A stretch of 64,000 nucleotides of DNA, taken from Trueperaceae bacterium (GTDB taxonomy: Bacteria; Deinococcota; Deinococci; Deinococcales; Trueperaceae). This document shows, piece after piece, positions 1 through 9,594 of the stretch. Every line of letters begins with the position of its first letter. The stretch's first letter is position 1. A program made the translations under genes and the position numbers. The notes under the pieces were generated by a model. That model searched no databases. It was not told the DNA's origin and was given only the letters and a program-made list of their open reading frames with translations. The stretch spans positions 2,176,001-2,240,000 of the forward strand of contig OZ243927.1 in the NCBI GenBank assembly GCA_965213925.1, in the 5' to 3' direction.

Positions 1-386
1 GGGTCGGCGCGGCGCTGAAAGGTGACGCCTAAGCGGAGGTTGTTTTTTCTCGCTAAAGAGGTGAGGTCATCGGCGTGGGTGGGCTTTAAGGTGATCGGCT
101 TTTCGGTAAGAACGTGTTTGCCCGCTTCTAAAGCCGCTTTTGCCTGCTCGTAATGCTGACCGCTCGGAGTAGCGATGCAGACGGCGTTGAGGTCGGGTTC
201 TTTGAGAAACCGCTCCAAGTCATTGGAACAGGGGACGCCCCAGGCTTCTTCTACGGCCTGAGTATCTCCATCCGAACTGCGCAGCGCCGCTACAAGTTCC
301 GCCCCCTCCAAACGCCGCAAGATATCCGCGTACCACCCGCCTGCCGTTCCTACGCCGATAACGCCAAAACCCAGCGGTTTAGCCAT
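1..386 (-). CDS. Gfo/Idh/MocA family oxidoreductase (3' end runs off window)
   Basis: Not in the ORF track. Manual translation from ATG at 386 gives MAKPLGFGVIGVGTAGGWY...VCIATPSGQHYEQAKAALEAGKHVLTEKPI (Rossmann GxG plus EKP motif). Abuts the TRAP permease stop. Confidence 0.9.
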   Translation of the reverse strand, partial: MAKPLGFGVIGVGTAGGWYADILRRLEGAELVAALRSSDGDTQAVEEAWGVPCSNDLERFLKEPDLNAVCIATPSGQHYEQAKAALEAGKHVLTEKPITLKPTHADDLTSLARKNNLRLGVTFQRRAD

Positions 387-2297
387 CTAATTCGCCCCGA
401 AGAGGCTCGGCAACACGTTCACGAACCAGGGGAAGTAGGTGACGAGCAGAAGCACCACGAGCATCACCGGCCAGAGGTAGAGCATCGCCCTACTCGCCTC
501 CTCGATGCGGATATTGCCGATCGCGCAGCCCACAAAGAGCGCCGTACCGACGGGCGGCGTGGTCAGCCCTAAACCTAAGTTCATCAAGAGAACGATGCCG
601 AAATGCACCGCGCTCATGTTGATGGGGTCGGCGGTGACGATGGGCAGCAATACGGGCGTGAGGATGAGGATCAAGGGAGCCATGTCCATGATCGCGCCGA
701 GTAAGAGGAGCAACACGTTGATCATCAGCAGGAGCAAGAGCGGGTTTTGCGTCAGACTTTGCATCCCTTCTGCCAGCGTCCCCGGAATCCGCAAGTACGC
801 CATGAGCCAGGCAAAGGCGCTCGCCGCCGCGATGAGGAAGATGACGATGGCGATGGTGCGCACCGACTGGCGCGTCGCTTGCCAAAGCTTTGCGGGCGGC
901 AGTTCGCGGTAGATAAAGGTTCCAACGAGCCACGCCACAACGGTTCCAATCGCCGCCGCCTCGGTCGCGGTGAACCAGCCGAACGCGATGCCGCCGACGA
1001 TGATGAGCCCGACGGCTAAGCCGGGAATGGCGGCGAGTGCGATGCGCAAGCTTTCCTTAGCGGGCGGACGTTCGTCCGTCGGATAACCGCGCCGGAGGGC
1101 TAAGATATAAGACGCCGCCATCAGCCCGAGCCCGATCATGATACCGGGGATGTAGCCGCCTAAAAAGAGCGCCCCGATGGAGACACCCCCCGCCGCCAGC
1201 GAGTAGATCACCGCGTTGTGCGAGGGCGGAATGATGAGCCCCTGCGTCGAACTCGCCACCGTCACGCCGACGCTAAAGTCCGTGTCGTAACCCTTCTTTT
1301 TCATCATCGGGATGAGAATCGAGCCGTTCGCGCTCACGTCCGCCACCGACGAGCCCGACGCGCCGCCGAAGAGCATCGACGAGACGATATTGACCATCGC
1401 CAAGCCGCCGCGAATCGGACCGACTAAAACGCGGGCGAAGTCCACGAGCCGCTGCGCGATGCCCCCTTCCGCCATGATCTGCCCCGCCAGGATGAAAAAG
1501 GGGATGGCCAAGAGTGGAGTCGAGTTGACGCCGTTCGCCATCCTCTGCGCGACGATAAGAGGCGGCAAGCCGAGGTTAAAGGCGGTGAGTAAGCTGGCAA
1601 TCCCTAGCGCGATGGCGATGGGCACGCCGAAAATGAGGAGCAGCGTTAAAGAACCGAGCAGCAAGCCCACCGGACTCGTCAGCGTCTCCCAGCCTAAGAG
1701 CGCCACGCTGCCCACAGAAAAGAGCACGCCGATGGTGACGAGCGCGACCCGCAAGAGGGTATTGCGTTGCGGCGTCACCTCGTCGACTTGATCTTGCACC
1801 TGAAAGGCGTTTCTCAGCGCGTAAAAGGCGATGAGCACCCCGCCAAAGGGGATGCCTAAATACATCCAACCGATGGGGAGCTTCGTCGCGGAAAAGGTCT
1901 GCGACATGGTGCGGCTGCTGAGTTCTGCGCCGTACCAGACGAGATAGACGCCGAAGCCCACGACGAGCGTCCAGACTGCGTAAGTCAGCGCTTTTTGCAC
2001 GCCTCTCGGAAACTGCCGCACCACGACGTCCACCGAGAGGTGCTCGCCTGCGCGAATCGCCAAGCCGCTGCCCAGCATCGAGAGCCAGACCATCAGGATG
2101 AGGCTCGTCTCTTCGGTCCAGCGGGGGATGCGCATTCCGGGGATGTAGCGGGCGACGACTTGCCACACGATAATCAGCACAACACCTAGGAGGAGCGAGG
2201 CGGTGAAGGCGCGTACCACACGGGTGAAGCCACGCTCGAGCCGCCCAAGCAGGGAAGGCCCCTCGCGGGGTCCCTGTGCACTCAGTTCAGATGCCAT
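387..2297 (-). CDS. TRAP transporter fused small+large permease (DctQM)
   Basis: N-terminal DctQ-like region (WTEE, HLSVD) fused to DctM motifs LLAIPFFILAG, SGSSVAD, IIPPS, GLTTPPVG. Confidence 0.92.
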   Translation of the reverse strand: MASELSAQGPREGPSLLGRLERGFTRVVRAFTASLLLGVVLIIVWQVVARYIPGMRIPRWTEETSLILMVWLSMLGSGLAIRAGEHLSVDVVVRQFPRGVQKALTYAVWTLVVGFGVYLVWYGAELSSRTMSQTFSATKLPIGWMYLGIPFGGVLIAFYALRNAFQVQDQVDEVTPQRNTLLRVALVTIGVLFSVGSVALLGWETLTSPVGLLLGSLTLLLIFGVPIAIALGIASLLTAFNLGLPPLIVAQRMANGVNSTPLLAIPFFILAGQIMAEGGIAQRLVDFARVLVGPIRGGLAMVNIVSSMLFGGASGSSVADVSANGSILIPMMKKKGYDTDFSVGVTVASSTQGLIIPPSHNAVIYSLAAGGVSIGALFLGGYIPGIMIGLGLMAASYILALRRGYPTDERPPAKESLRIALAAIPGLAVGLIIVGGIAFGWFTATEAAAIGTVVAWLVGTFIYRELPPAKLWQATRQSVRTIAIVIFLIAAASAFAWLMAYLRIPGTLAEGMQSLTQNPLLLLLMINVLLLLLGAIMDMAPLILILTPVLLPIVTADPINMSAVHFGIVLLMNLGLGLTTPPVGTALFVGCAIGNIRIEEASRAMLYLWPVMLVVLLLVTYFPWFVNVLPSLFGAN

Positions 2298-2303
2298 ATG
2301 CTT

Positions 2304-3266
2304 TTACTCGGTATCTAAAATGCGCTGCACCAAGTCGCCGTACTCGCTGCCGTATTGGTCATAAAGGGGCTGCACCGCCTCCTGAAACTCGCTCGTGTCC
2401 ACCTCGATGATCTCGCTGCCCGCCTCGATGACGGCTTGCTTACTTTCGTCGGACAGCTCCGCCCACGCCTCGAACTGCACGCTCACGCTCGCTTGCGCCG
2501 CCTCGCGCACGAGCTGCTGGTCTTCGGGGCTCAGGCTGTTCCAGGTGGACGCGCTGATCATCACCACTTCGGGCACCCGTGCGTGACCGTCCTCGGTGAA
2601 GTGCGGCGCGACCTCGTAGTGGCGCACGCCGTCGGGACCGTACGAGGGGTAGTTGTTCTCCGCGCCGTCGATGACGCCCGTTTGTAAGGAGCTATAGACC
2701 TCACCGAACGCCATCGGCACAGGCTCCGCGCCCAAAAGCTCCATCATGTCCAGCACGACTTGGCTCTGCTGCGTGCGGATGCGCAAGCCCTCCACATCTG
2801 CCACGCTCCGAATGGGCGTCTCGGTGGTGTAGAAGTTGCGGCTGCCCGAGTCGTAGTAGGCGAGCCCGACCAAGTCCGACTCTTCCAAGCCCGCGAGGAG
2901 TTCCTCGCCGATATCTCCTTGAAGCACGTTCACGAAGTGGTCCATGTCTCTGAAGATGTAGGGCAGACTATAAACCCCCATCGGCGTGTAGAATTCGCCC
3001 ACCGGACTCGTCGAAGTGCGCACGATGTCGATGACGCCCAACTGCGTCTGCTCGATGGTGCTGCGCTCGTCACCGAGCTGCCCACCTGCGAAAACTTCCA
3101 TCTGGATGCGTCCGTCCGAGTTTTCGTTGAGATAATCCGCCATCGCGTTTAAGCCGATGACGGTTGGGTAATCCTCGGGTTGGTTGTCGGCGGCGCGGAG
3201 CGTGACCTGGGCGAACGCTGCGCTCCCCAAAAGCAAGACTGCGAGTAAAACGCGGAGCTGAATCAT
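2304..3266 (-). CDS. dctP: TRAP substrate-binding protein (DctP), probably sugar acid
   Basis: Signal peptide from MIQLRVLL (start moved to 3266); motifs GQLGDE, GLRIR, EVYSSLQTGVIDGAENN. Confidence 0.9.
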   Translation of the reverse strand: MIQLRVLLAVLLLGSAAFAQVTLRAADNQPEDYPTVIGLNAMADYLNENSDGRIQMEVFAGGQLGDERSTIEQTQLGVIDIVRTSTSPVGEFYTPMGVYSLPYIFRDMDHFVNVLQGDIGEELLAGLEESDLVGLAYYDSGSRNFYTTETPIRSVADVEGLRIRTQQSQVVLDMMELLGAEPVPMAFGEVYSSLQTGVIDGAENNYPSYGPDGVRHYEVAPHFTEDGHARVPEVVMISASTWNSLSPEDQQLVREAAQASVSVQFEAWAELSDESKQAVIEAGSEIIEVDTSEFQEAVQPLYDQYGSEYGDLVQRILDTE

Positions 3267-3473
3267 GACGACCTCTCGGAGTGCGCCCTTAGATTTTCTC
3301 ACGTGTGAGAAGACGCGCCCGTGCCTACTATGCGTGGTTCTACAAGCGACTGCGCCGTGACCCGCCGCGCTACTTCGCACAGCTACGCGCACGATATTCC
3401 GCTCGCACCCGTTCGTACGCGCTGCCACAACACGCAGAAACGCATGAACCTAGTTAGGACTAATTGAAGCCAC

Positions 3474-3486
3474 TATACCAGGTATA
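3474..3486. promoter_or_regulatory. Palindrome TATACC-A-GGTATA, candidate GntR/FadR-type operator
   Basis: Perfect dyad in the divergent region between the TRAP operon and the hexuronate operon. Confidence 0.45.
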
Positions 3487-3594
3487 CTTTTAGAGAAACA
3501 GGTGTGTATAGAGCGGTGCGCTTAGCGGTAAGCGCCGCGAAGAGGTTGACGACAAGGACGCCGCACGGCGTGAGGCTGCCAGATGAGGAGAGAG

Positions 3595-5076
3595 ATGATT
3601 TTCAGTCCGTCAGCGCAAGACCTCGAGTCTCAGCTAAGTCAAGAGGTCTACCAGAACTCGCTCGTTCACAAGGATGGTGCAACGCTCTGCTTGAGTCGAG
3701 ACAACCAGCTTCTCTTAATTGCGCCGCAGGGCGATAGGGGGCTCGAGCCCTTCGGCGGCGATGCCGAACCCTTCACCGCCGACCTCACCCTCAAGCGTTG
3801 TCCTCTAGGTCACGCCAACGCCGCCGCGCTGCGCCGCACCCTCTCTTACCTGCAACCTAGACCTCTCGGACTCAAAACTTCATCAGGCTTTGGAGACCGT
3901 TTTGGTCTGGCAACACCCGGACACGCGCTAGCGTTGCAGCGAGTGAGCGGCGACATTGCACCTATCTTCGCCCAACAGTCCATCCGCGAAATGACGCGCA
4001 CGAAGCGCACGCCGCAAGAGGTGATGACCGACGCCACTTGGGGCGCGTATCAAGCGGGTTGGCGCGGTCAGGTCGGAGCCGATGCCGACCATTTGAAGAC
4101 GCCCGAAGACGTTGATGGCTGCGTGGACGCGGGCTACAGCTTTTTCACCACCGACCCTGGTGATTATGTGGACAGTTCAGCGCATACCGCCTCAGCGGAA
4201 GAGGTCGTGGAGAAAGTCGAGAAGTTACCCTGGGAGAAGCTGGAGACCTCTCGAGCCGACCTCACAACGCGGTTTGAAAAGATGAGGCTCGAGCTAGAGA
4301 CCTTCACCCTCACTTTTGAGAAAGAGGATGTGTTTCGCGCCGCTGCCAAGTACGGCGCAGCCCTCGCTCACGTCGTCACGATGTACCGGCACTTAGCAAG
4401 TAAAGAGGTCCCCTTTGAGCTAGAGGTCTCCGTAGATGAAACCGAAACGCCGACGACGCACGTGGAGCACGCCTTCATCGCCTCGGAGTTAAAGCGCTTA
4501 AACGTCCAGTGGGTCAGCCTCGCGCCGCGCTACGTGGGGAGTTTTGAAAAAGGAATCGACTATATCGGTGACTTGGACGAACTAGAAAAAGATTTACGCG
4601 GACACGCGGAAATCGCTCGCGTCCTAGGACCTTACAAGCTCTCCTTGCACTCTGGCTCGGATAAGTTCAGCGTCTATCCGCTGATTGCCGAAGCGACCGC
4701 CGGTAGGGTGCACCTCAAAACAGCCGGGACGAGCTACTTGGAAGCCCTGCGCGTTATCTCAACTGAGGACGCTGACCTCTTCAAAAGGATTCTCGACCTC
4801 TCGCATGAAAGGTTCCAGACAGACCGCAAGAGTTATCACCTCTCGTGTGACCTCTCTAAAGTGCCGACCTCTTCGCAGATCGAGGATGCGGAATTCCCCC
4901 AGTTACTCGAGCAGGACGACTCGAGGCAAGTGCTGCACGTCACCTACGGTTCGGCGTTGGATACTTTTGGAAAAGAGATACGCGGTGTTCTGAACGCGCA
5001 CGAAGAGAAACATTATGAAACCTTAGCAGCGCACTTCGAGAAGCATCTAACACCTTTTGTAGAGAGGAGCTATTAG
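3595..5076 (+). CDS. uxaE: Tagaturonate/fructuronate epimerase
   Basis: Motifs SGFGDRFGLATPGH, AQQSIREMTRT, ADADHLK, EVSVDET, HSGSDKF, HLKTAGTSYLEAL; start at 3595 follows GAGGAG. Confidence 0.9.
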   Translation: MIFSPSAQDLESQLSQEVYQNSLVHKDGATLCLSRDNQLLLIAPQGDRGLEPFGGDAEPFTADLTLKRCPLGHANAAALRRTLSYLQPRPLGLKTSSGFGDRFGLATPGHALALQRVSGDIAPIFAQQSIREMTRTKRTPQEVMTDATWGAYQAGWRGQVGADADHLKTPEDVDGCVDAGYSFFTTDPGDYVDSSAHTASAEEVVEKVEKLPWEKLETSRADLTTRFEKMRLELETFTLTFEKEDVFRAAAKYGAALAHVVTMYRHLASKEVPFELEVSVDETETPTTHVEHAFIASELKRLNVQWVSLAPRYVGSFEKGIDYIGDLDELEKDLRGHAEIARVLGPYKLSLHSGSDKFSVYPLIAEATAGRVHLKTAGTSYLEALRVISTEDADLFKRILDLSHERFQTDRKSYHLSCDLSKVPTSSQIEDAEFPQLLEQDDSRQVLHVTYGSALDTFGKEIRGVLNAHEEKHYETLAAHFEKHLTPFVERSY

Positions 5077-5122
5077 CGTTTAGCCGTTAGCTTTTTTGCT
5101 AATCCCTAGACGCTAACTGCTA
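5073..5122. repeat. Inverted heptamer repeat cluster (TTAGCnn x3 / GCTAAnn x3)
   Basis: ttagcgt ttagccg ttagctt ... gctaatc cctagac gctaact gcta. Confidence 0.6.
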
Positions 5123-5123
5123 T

Positions 5124-5930
5124 ATGTTCGATTTAACCGGAAAAGTCGCCCTCATCACGGGCGGAACGGGCGTCTTAGGTGGCGCATTCGCGCACGGTTT
5201 GGCTGCTGCAGGTGCAAAGGTCGCCATCATGGGGCGGCGTGAGGAGAAAGCCGAAGAGGTTGCTGAAGCGATTAAATCAGCGGACGGGGAGGCGTTGGCG
5301 CTGCCCGCAGATGTGTTGGCACGGGGGCAGTTGGAAGAAGCAAGGGGAGACCTCTTAGAAGCCTGGAACCGCTGCGACATCCTCATAAACGCCGCCGGCG
5401 GCAACAGACCTGACGCAACCGTCGTCGGCGACTTGGACTTTTTTGACGTTGAGAAGGATGCATTAGAAAGCGTCGTCAACCTCAACCTCTTGGGTTCAAT
5501 CCTTCCCTCCCAGGTCTTCGGCGAAGTCATGAAAGACCAGCAAAGCGGCTCGATTATCAACATCTCTTCGATGGCGGCGCAAAAACCTTTGACTAGAGTT
5601 ATTGGCTACGCCGCGTCGAAAGCCGCGGTTGACAACTTTACGCAGTGGTTGTCGGTAGATTTGGCGCAGAAGTACGGCGAGGGCTTGCGGGTGAACGCCA
5701 TCGCGCCGGGCTTTTTCGTCGGTGAGCAGAACCGCGACTTGTTGCTGAATGAGGATGGCAGTCTTACAGCGAGAGGTCAACAGATCGTGGACCACACGCC
5801 GATGGGACGCTTTGGCGAGCCGGATGAGCTTGTAGGGACAGCCGTTTACCTAGCGAGTGATGCGTCGAAGTTCGTCACGGGCATCGTCGTTCCCGTTGAT
5901 GGTGGTTTTTCGGCGTTCGGGGGGATTTGA
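5124..5930 (+). CDS. uxuB: SDR oxidoreductase, D-mannonate oxidoreductase/fructuronate reductase-like
   Basis: TGGTGVLG, NAAGGN, YAASK, RVNAIAPGFF..EQNR, HTPMGRFG; hexuronate context. Confidence 0.75.
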   Translation: MFDLTGKVALITGGTGVLGGAFAHGLAAAGAKVAIMGRREEKAEEVAEAIKSADGEALALPADVLARGQLEEARGDLLEAWNRCDILINAAGGNRPDATVVGDLDFFDVEKDALESVVNLNLLGSILPSQVFGEVMKDQQSGSIINISSMAAQKPLTRVIGYAASKAAVDNFTQWLSVDLAQKYGEGLRVNAIAPGFFVGEQNRDLLLNEDGSLTARGQQIVDHTPMGRFGEPDELVGTAVYLASDASKFVTGIVVPVDGGFSAFGGI

Positions 5931-7201
5931 TGGTCGAGGCGGGCGTGATTGGACGAGGGAGCGTGGAGACAACGCTTACCGAATCTGACGTGCGCGGACT
6001 GCTCCACGAGGCGTTTGCGGGCAAAGAGGTCAAAAACAAACGCTTGCTGATTATTATCCCCGACGGCACGCGCACCGCGCCCATCCCGCTTATGTTCCGT
6101 CTGCTCTACGAACAGCTAGGCGAAGCGGTGAAAAGGCTCGACTACCTGATCGCTTTAGGCACGCATCAGCCGATGTCCGAGGCAGCCATCGACAAGCTCG
6201 TTGGTGTTCCGAAAGAGGCTCGAGCAGAAAGCTTTCCCAAGTCCGAGGTTTACAACCACCGCTGGGATTTGCCTGATACGTTAAGAGAGGTGGGGGTCAT
6301 CTCGAGCCCAGAGATGCAGCGCCTCACAGACGGCTACGTGAGCCGCGAAACGCCTATCACCCTCAACGATATGGTCTTCGACTACGACGAACTCCTCATC
6401 GTCGGACCCGTCTTCCCTCACGAAGTCGCGGGCTTTTCGGGCGGCGCGAAGTACCTATGCCCCGGCATCGCCGGGCGCGAGGTCATCGACAGCACGCACT
6501 GGACGGGCGCACTCGCCACGAGCTACGAGACCATCGGCGTGAAAGACACTGCCGTGCGCCGCGTGTTGCACCGCGCGGCTGAATTCGTCGTCAAGGAAAA
6601 GCCGCTGACCTGTCTCAAAATGGTCATGAAAGGCTCTGACTTTCACGGACTCTACATAGGCGACTATCTGAGCGCGTGGGCGGCGGCGGCGGACCTCTCG
6701 GCGCAGCTCAACATCATCTATAAGCCCAGACCGTTCAAAAGCGTCCTCTCCACGCCGTCTGAACGCTACGACGACCTCTGGACTGCCGCCAAAGCGATGT
6801 ACAAAACAGAGCCTGTGGTGGCCGACGGGGGCGAGGTCATCATCTACGCGCCGCATCTTAAAGAGGTCAGCGTGACGCACGGGGCAGAGATTGAGCGCGT
6901 CGGCTACCACGTGCGCGACTACTTTACGAAGCAGTGGGAGAAGTTCAAGGACTTGCCCTGGACGGTGTTGGCACATTCGACACATGTGAAAGGGGCGGGG
7001 ACGTTCGAGGACGGCGTGGAGACGCCGCGTATTCAGGTGACGTTGGCGACGGGGATTCCTGAAGAGGTCTGCCATAAGATCAGCTTAGGCTACCGGGATT
7101 ACCGGACGCTAGATCCGCAAGACTGGGCAAACCGTGAGGACGAGGGTCTACTTCTCGTCGAACACGCGGGCGAAATGCTCTACCGCTTGGAGGAAGGATG
7201 A
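5930..7201 (+). CDS. LarA-family (nickel pincer) hydroxyacid epimerase, GntE-like
   Basis: IIIPDGTRT, IALGTH, PHEVAGFSGGAK motifs; overlaps both neighbours. Confidence 0.85.
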   Translation: MVEAGVIGRGSVETTLTESDVRGLLHEAFAGKEVKNKRLLIIIPDGTRTAPIPLMFRLLYEQLGEAVKRLDYLIALGTHQPMSEAAIDKLVGVPKEARAESFPKSEVYNHRWDLPDTLREVGVISSPEMQRLTDGYVSRETPITLNDMVFDYDELLIVGPVFPHEVAGFSGGAKYLCPGIAGREVIDSTHWTGALATSYETIGVKDTAVRRVLHRAAEFVVKEKPLTCLKMVMKGSDFHGLYIGDYLSAWAAAADLSAQLNIIYKPRPFKSVLSTPSERYDDLWTAAKAMYKTEPVVADGGEVIIYAPHLKEVSVTHGAEIERVGYHVRDYFTKQWEKFKDLPWTVLAHSTHVKGAGTFEDGVETPRIQVTLATGIPEEVCHKISLGYRDYRTLDPQDWANREDEGLLLVEHAGEMLYRLEEG

Positions 7202-8625
7202 TCAAAAACACGTGGACGCTCTCGGAAGACCGCTGCTTCTCCGCCGAGCCTTCTCAGCTCGAGGTGGCGAGAGGTCTCTACAATTCGGTCAAAAACTTGC
7301 CGCTGATTTGTCCGCACGGACACGTCGATCCCGCCCTATTAGCCGACCCCGACGCGACGCTTGGCACACCCGCCGAGCTGTTCGTCATCCCCGACCACTA
7401 CGTCTTTCGGATGCTCTACAGTCAGGGGGTGAGGTTGGAAGATTTGGGTGTGCCAACCGAGGATGGCTCCGCTACCGAAACCGACCACCGCAAAATCTGG
7501 CAGCGCTTCGCCGAGCACTTCTATCTCTTTCGCGGCACGCCGACGGGCTTGTGGTTGGCGGACGAGCTTACCGGTGTCTTCGGTATTTCGGAAAAGCTGA
7601 GCGGTGAGAACGCGGCGCAGATTTATGACGAGTTGGAGGAGAAGTTAGCGCAGCCGGAGTTTAAGCCCAGGGCGCTCTTCAAGCGGTTCGACATCGAAGT
7701 CTTGACGACGACGGACGCGGCGGCCGATACGCTCGAGCCTCATAGGTCACTCTATGAGGAGGGCTGGACGAACGTCCGTCCGACCTTTCGCCCCGACGCG
7801 GTTGTGAATTTGGATATGGCGGGCTGGCGGGAAAACACCGCCGAACTAGGTGAGGTTTCAGGTGTCGAGGTCACGGACTATACCGCTTACATTCAGGCGT
7901 TGGAGCAGCGCCGCACCTTCTTCAAGGAGAGGGGCGCGGCGGCTACGGACCACGCCGCTCTAAGACCCTATACCGGACGCCTTTCGGACGCGGACGCCCA
8001 CGCCATCTTTGCACGCGCCTTGAAGGGCGAATCAGAGAAGAACGACGCCTACCGGTTTACCGGGCACATGCTCATGGAGATGGCGCGGATGTCCGCTGAG
8101 GACGGGCTGGTGATGCAACTGCACGCGGGCAGTCTGCGCAATCACAACCGCGCGGTCTATGAACGCTTCGGGCTGGATAAGGGCGCGGATATTCCCATCC
8201 AAACCGAGTGGGCGCGCAACCTCTTGCCCCTTTTGAACGCTCACGGCAACGACCTGGACTTCACGCTCGTCCTCTTTACGCTGGACGAAACCTCTTACAG
8301 CCGCGAGCTTGCGCCCTTGGCAGGTCACTATCCCGCCTTGCGCCTAGGTCCGCCCTGGTGGTTTTTCGATTCGGTCAAAGGGATGGAGCGGTACTTGGAC
8401 AGCGTGGTCGAGACCGCAGGAATTTACAACCTGGCAGGCTTCAACGATGACACGCGGGCGTTTGCGTCCATCCCTTCACGGCATGACGTGTGGCGCAGGA
8501 CGACCTGTAACTGGCTGGCGGGCGAGGTGGTGAAAGGTCTTGTGGACGAAGCGGACGCGGGCGAGATGGCTCGAGAATTAGCCTACGATTTGGCGAAGAA
8601 AACGTACCAGTTGGACGCTGCATGA
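7198..8625 (+). CDS. uxaC: Uronate isomerase
   Basis: PHGHVDP, PDHYVFRML, PTFRPD, VMQLH, WWFFDS, DDTRAF. Confidence 0.95.
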   Translation: MIKNTWTLSEDRCFSAEPSQLEVARGLYNSVKNLPLICPHGHVDPALLADPDATLGTPAELFVIPDHYVFRMLYSQGVRLEDLGVPTEDGSATETDHRKIWQRFAEHFYLFRGTPTGLWLADELTGVFGISEKLSGENAAQIYDELEEKLAQPEFKPRALFKRFDIEVLTTTDAAADTLEPHRSLYEEGWTNVRPTFRPDAVVNLDMAGWRENTAELGEVSGVEVTDYTAYIQALEQRRTFFKERGAAATDHAALRPYTGRLSDADAHAIFARALKGESEKNDAYRFTGHMLMEMARMSAEDGLVMQLHAGSLRNHNRAVYERFGLDKGADIPIQTEWARNLLPLLNAHGNDLDFTLVLFTLDETSYSRELAPLAGHYPALRLGPPWWFFDSVKGMERYLDSVVETAGIYNLAGFNDDTRAFASIPSRHDVWRRTTCNWLAGEVVKGLVDEADAGEMARELAYDLAKKTYQLDAA

Positions 8626-9050
8626 GTGTCCTTGCTCCTACGCGAGAGGGTAAAGTTCGCCTCGAGCTACCCGATATCTCGAGGCGGCTCAAAACCGCTT
8701 TAACAGACGTTGAATGTGACCTTGTGGTGGGCATCGCAACAGGCGGCACGGTCTTGGCAAGCTTGGCTGCCGTTCAACTGGGAGTGCCGCTTAAACTCAT
8801 GCACCTCAACTACCGAGCACGGGACAACGCGCCGCAGCGCGAGAAGCCGGAACTGCTCGAGCCGTTCGAACTGGCGGAGCGACAGCGCGTGCTACTTGTA
8901 GACGACGTGAGCGTGACGGGCGCGACCTTCCGGGTGGCGCTATCTCACTTGACCGGTCACGGCGTCAGGACGTTGGCGCTTAAAGGTCGGGCGGACACCG
9001 TGCTCTACCCTGAGGTGACGCGCTGCGTGCTGCTGCCATGGCGCGACTAA
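8622..9050 (+). CDS. Type I phosphoribosyltransferase family protein
   Basis: VVGIATGG and PRPP loop VLLVDDVSVTGAT; ATGA overlap with uxaC. Confidence 0.8.
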   Translation: MSVLAPTREGKVRLELPDISRRLKTALTDVECDLVVGIATGGTVLASLAAVQLGVPLKLMHLNYRARDNAPQREKPELLEPFELAERQRVLLVDDVSVTGATFRVALSHLTGHGVRTLALKGRADTVLYPEVTRCVLLPWRD

Positions 9051-9111
9051 TGTTTTTCTCTGACGCTGCCGGGTTCGCATAGAGCGCACTTAGTAAATAC
9101 ACCGTAAACTA

Positions 9112-9247
9112 ATAGCAGGTATCATCTGGTTTGAGACAGTCTCACTTTATAAAGCGGCGTTGCTAGGCAGCAAACTGCGTAACTAGCACGCACATTCGGA
9201 GATGATATCTGTGCTCATCCGTCTCAGTATGTTTTGGAACTGCTATA
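9112..9247 (+). mobile_element. MITE-like element, diverged subfamily B copy 1
   Basis: Begins ATAGCAGGTATCATCTGGT and ends GGAACTGCTATA; homologous to 58587-58720 and to the 115-bp family. Confidence 0.75.
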
Positions 9248-9249
9248 AG

Positions 9250-9364
9250 TATAGCAAGTATCATTTGGTTTGAGCCAATCCGAGAAGAGGGAACGCAGTC
9301 TAGCGCGCACGTTTGGAAATGATACTTGCGTGATTCAAGCTCAGTGCTTATGTGAACTGCTATA
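9250..9364 (+). mobile_element. 115-bp MITE-like element, subfamily A copy 1
   Basis: TATAGCA...TGCTATA termini; identical to 40301-40415 and to the reverse complement of 50388-50502. Confidence 0.9.
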
Positions 9365-9379
9365 TTGGCACCTTCTCAC

Positions 9380-9594
9380 TGATGTCACCCTGTTCACGAA
9401 GTAGCCAGTGGGAACGCAGTGACGCGAAGCTTCGGCGGGTCCGAACGAAGTGAGAACAATAGGGGCGTAAGGGTCTCGGTTGGCTACGCCAAAACTGCGT
9501 AACTCGCAATCTCTGGCAGAGGAGTCAGCAAGGTCAGAGATTCTTCGACTCCACGGAGCCTGCCCTGGTGAGGGTTCCGCTCAGAATGACATCA
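9380..9594. repeat. REP/REPIN-like palindromic repeat (GTCAccCTG...CAGaaTGAC), expanded copy
   Basis: Terminal inverted repeat TGATGTCA..CTG / CAG..TGACATCA; colinear with the reverse complement of 28197-28313 apart from insertions. Confidence 0.75.

Noticed and set aside
3267..3428. N-terminal extension of DctP in the ORF track
   Set aside because: The signal peptide and SD-like GAGAGG point to the start at 3266; the extension is not protein-like
9112..9364. Tandem repeats as a CRISPR array
   Set aside because: Units are 115-136 bp, dispersed elsewhere in the window, with no repeat-spacer periodicity and no cas genes
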